Positions 34,020 to 36,063 of a stretch of 36,063 bases of DNA are shown one piece after another; position 1 is the first letter of the stretch; each line of letters opens with the position of its first letter. The notes under the pieces are model-generated. The model saw only the letters and a list, made by a program, of their open reading frames with translations, was not told the origin of the DNA and did not search any database. Both the position numbers and the translations under genes were made by a program. Location of the stretch: NCBI GenBank assembly GCA_964395935.1, contig CAYNBR010000003.1:1-36063 (forward strand). The letters are read 5' to 3'. This DNA comes from Candidatus Woesearchaeota archaeon (GTDB taxonomy: Archaea > Nanobdellota > Nanobdellia > SCGC-AAA011-G17 > GW2011-AR18).

Positions 34020-35278
34020 AAAAAATACTTAATTATAGTAAAGAGGACAGTTTAATTAGAGATAGTGCTGTATTATTTTTAGCTACTTCTGGTTTGTCTG
34101 CTGCTGGTTTTTTCTTTCATTTTTATATGGGCAGAGTTTTGGGCCCAGCAAGTTATGGTATCTTAGGAGCAATTTTTTCTTTACTTTATATTATTTTAGT
34201 TCCATTTAATGTCATTCAAACAAGTATTACTAATTTTATAGCTTCTTTTAAAGCTAAAAATGAAAATGATAAAATTAATAGCTTGTTTAGACAGTCGCTT
34301 AAAAAATTATTCCTATGTAGCTTGATACTAACTTTGATCTTCTTTTTAATAAATAATTATGTAGCTTCCTTTTTACATATTCCTTCTAAATACTTATTAA
34401 TTCTATTACCTATTATTTTATTATCTTTTTTATTGCCGGTAATGCGTGGATTGATGCAAGGTCTTGAGAAATTTAAAGTTCTAGGATTTAATATGACTAT
34501 GGAGGGAATTGCTAAAATTGTATTTGGTATACTTTTAGTAACTTTCGGTTTAGGTGTCAGCGGTGCTGTTATGGCTTTAGTACTTAGTTATTTAATGCCT
34601 CTATTATTTGCTTTTTTTGTTTTATCTAAATATTTGAAAAAGACAGGTGCAATCTTTAGCGGCAAGGAAGTTTATTCTTATGCTGTGCCTGTTTTAATTG
34701 CATTGGTTTTGTTTACAGGTCTTTATAGTATAGATGTTTTACTTGTCAAGAGGTTTTTTACAGAGACTGAAGCTGGGCTCTACGTAGCTTTAAGTTTTTT
34801 AGGCAGGATAATTTTCTTTGGTACTCAGAGTGTTGCTGTTGTTATGTTCCCTAAGTCTGTTGCAAATTTTTCTGTTAACAAGAAAAATCCTAAAATTTTA
34901 AAAAAAGCTTTATTTTTAGTTTCTATATTTGGAGGGTTTGCTACCTTAATCTATTTCTTATTTCCTAGATTAATAATTACAATATTATATGGTAAGAATT
35001 ATCTTGAAATAAGTAATTTGTTAGGATTATTTGGTTTGGTCATGTTGATACTCTCATTGTCTTATGTTTTAATTTTTTATAATTTGTCTATAAATCGAAT
35101 TAAGTTTATTTATTTTTTAGCTCTAACTCTCATTTTTGAAACTTTATTGATATTTATTTATCATAAAACTTTATTGCAAGTTGTTTTGATTTTACTTTCT
35201 TTATCTATTTTTATGTTTGTTTCAGTATTCTTTTATACAAATTATGAAAAAACTATCAATAATAATACCGGCGTATAA
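34007..35278 (+). CDS. MOP-superfamily oligosaccharide flippase (Wzx/AglR-like)
   Basis: 423 aa, ~12 TM. N-terminal ...LIRDSAVLFLATSGLSAAGFFFHFYMGRVLGP is typical of polysaccharide biosynthesis (Wzx) proteins. Confidence 0.65.
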   Translation: MVDLKKILNYSKEDSLIRDSAVLFLATSGLSAAGFFFHFYMGRVLGPASYGILGAIFSLLYIILVPFNVIQTSITNFIASFKAKNENDKINSLFRQSLKKLFLCSLILTLIFFLINNYVASFLHIPSKYLLILLPIILLSFLLPVMRGLMQGLEKFKVLGFNMTMEGIAKIVFGILLVTFGLGVSGAVMALVLSYLMPLLFAFFVLSKYLKKTGAIFSGKEVYSYAVPVLIALVLFTGLYSIDVLLVKRFFTETEAGLYVALSFLGRIIFFGTQSVAVVMFPKSVANFSVNKKNPKILKKALFLVSIFGGFATLIYFLFPRLIITILYGKNYLEISNLLGLFGLVMLILSLSYVLIFYNLSINRIKFIYFLALTLIFETLLIFIYHKTLLQVVLILLSLSIFMFVSVFFYTNYEKTINNNTGV

Positions 35279-36005
35279 TGAAGAAAGTAGAATATTGGCT
35301 ACTTTGGATAGTTACTATAATTTTTTTAATAATAAATTTAAAGACGATTTTGAATTAATTGTTGTCCCTAATAATTGCAAAGATAATACTACCAAACTTG
35401 TTAATTCTTTTTCTAAAAAACATAAAAATGTGGTCTGTTATGAAATTAATTACTTTGTAGGCAAGGGCGGAGCGGTGATTGAGGGTTTTAAATTAGCAAA
35501 AGGTCAGTTTATAGGTTTTGTTGATGCAGATGATTCTACTAAGGCTGATGCTTTTTATGATTTGTATAAAAATATAAATAATTATGATTGCGTTATTGCT
35601 TCTAGATGGATCAAAGGTGCTATTATTAATAAAAAACAGCCAATAATGAGAAGAATCGCATCTAGAACTTTTAATATTATTATTAGACTATTATTTCGAA
35701 TAAATGTAAGAGATTCGCAGTGTGGAGCCAAAATTTTTAGAAGAAAAGTACTATTAGAAATTATTCCTAATTTAACAACTACTAGATGGGCTTTTGATGT
35801 TGACTTACTTTATCAGCTTAAGAATAAAGATTTTACAATAAAAGAGATACCTACAGTGTGGAATGATAATCCTAACTCTAAATTGAATGTTAAGCGGGCT
35901 TCTATAGAAATGTTTTTCGCTATTGGAAGATTAAGGCTTATACATTCACCTTTTAAATTTATTGTTATAGCTTATGATAAACTTGCAGGGGATATACAAA
36001 AATGA
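35244..36005 (+). CDS. GT2 dolichyl-phosphate glucosyltransferase-like (ALG5/DPM1 type); start revised from 35217
   Basis: MKKLSIIIPAYNEE at ATG 35244. VDADD, VRDSQCGAKIF and RWAFDVDLLYQL resemble ALG5-type Dol-P-Glc synthases. Confidence 0.7.
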   Translation: MKKLSIIIPAYNEESRILATLDSYYNFFNNKFKDDFELIVVPNNCKDNTTKLVNSFSKKHKNVVCYEINYFVGKGGAVIEGFKLAKGQFIGFVDADDSTKADAFYDLYKNINNYDCVIASRWIKGAIINKKQPIMRRIASRTFNIIIRLLFRINVRDSQCGAKIFRRKVLLEIIPNLTTTRWAFDVDLLYQLKNKDFTIKEIPTVWNDNPNSKLNVKRASIEMFFAIGRLRLIHSPFKFIVIAYDKLAGDIQK

Positions 36006-36063
36006 GAATATTAATTTTTAATTGGAAGGATATAAAACACCCATATGCCGGCGGAGCAGAAGT
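36002..36063 (+). CDS. GT4-family glycosyltransferase, 3'-partial (runs off window)
   Basis: MRILIFNWKDIKHPYAGGAE is a typical N-terminus of GT-B (GT4) glycosyltransferases. ATGA overlap with the upstream stop. Confidence 0.55.
   Translation, partial: MRILIFNWKDIKHPYAGGAE

Noticed and set aside
1-36063. Scan for CRISPR repeats, IS elements or transposases, integrases, rRNA and long direct or inverted repeats.
   Set aside because: None noticed by eye. All ORFs over 60 aa are accounted for, and the intergenic DNA is too short. A computational repeat search would be needed to exclude short dispersed repeats.

Overview
This is an AT-rich (about 30% GC by eye), very gene-dense window of archaeal origin, with almost no non-coding DNA. 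Support for an archaeal origin:
- an intron-containing tRNA-Ser;
- TTATAAAG-type TATA boxes about 25 nt upstream of the ATG of first genes (leaderless), with GGTGA-type Shine-Dalgarno sites on internal operon genes;
- an STT3/AglB oligosaccharyltransferase (WWDYG), an archaeal-type AMP phosphorylase, a Dph6/MJ0570-type domain and class III (prepilin-like) signal peptides.

The compactness and gene content suggest a small-genome, DPANN-like lineage. That is inference only.

Content in order:
1. A cell-surface locus (1-5926): a 5'-partial gene, two pilin-like genes, a large S-layer-like protein with its own promoter, SD and terminator, and two paralogous membrane-anchored proteins.
2. An ORF missing from the track (Trm112-like zinc ribbon), tRNA-Ser(UGA) with a 13-nt intron, and two tandem GT2 glycosyltransferases.
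3. A translationally coupled Bat-like module (7822-15084): two BatA-N/VWA membrane proteins, a coiled-coil anchor, a membrane protein, a MoxR AAA+ ATPase and DUF58.
4. Housekeeping and salvage genes: AI-2E permease, AMP phosphorylase, Prs, and an unusual AsnB-Dph6 fusion with two PP-loops.
5. A ~12.7 kb same-strand N-glycosylation (agl-like) island (23311-36063): a SpoIIM-like protein, AglB, two further GT-C-like membrane proteins, a CE4 deacetylase, two SAM methyltransferases, two Dol-P-hexose-synthase-like GT2s, an AglH-like GlcNAc-1-P transferase, a Wzx-like flippase and the start of a GT4.

I saw no CRISPR array, IS element, integrase or rRNA. All family assignments come from motif recognition by eye, not from searches.
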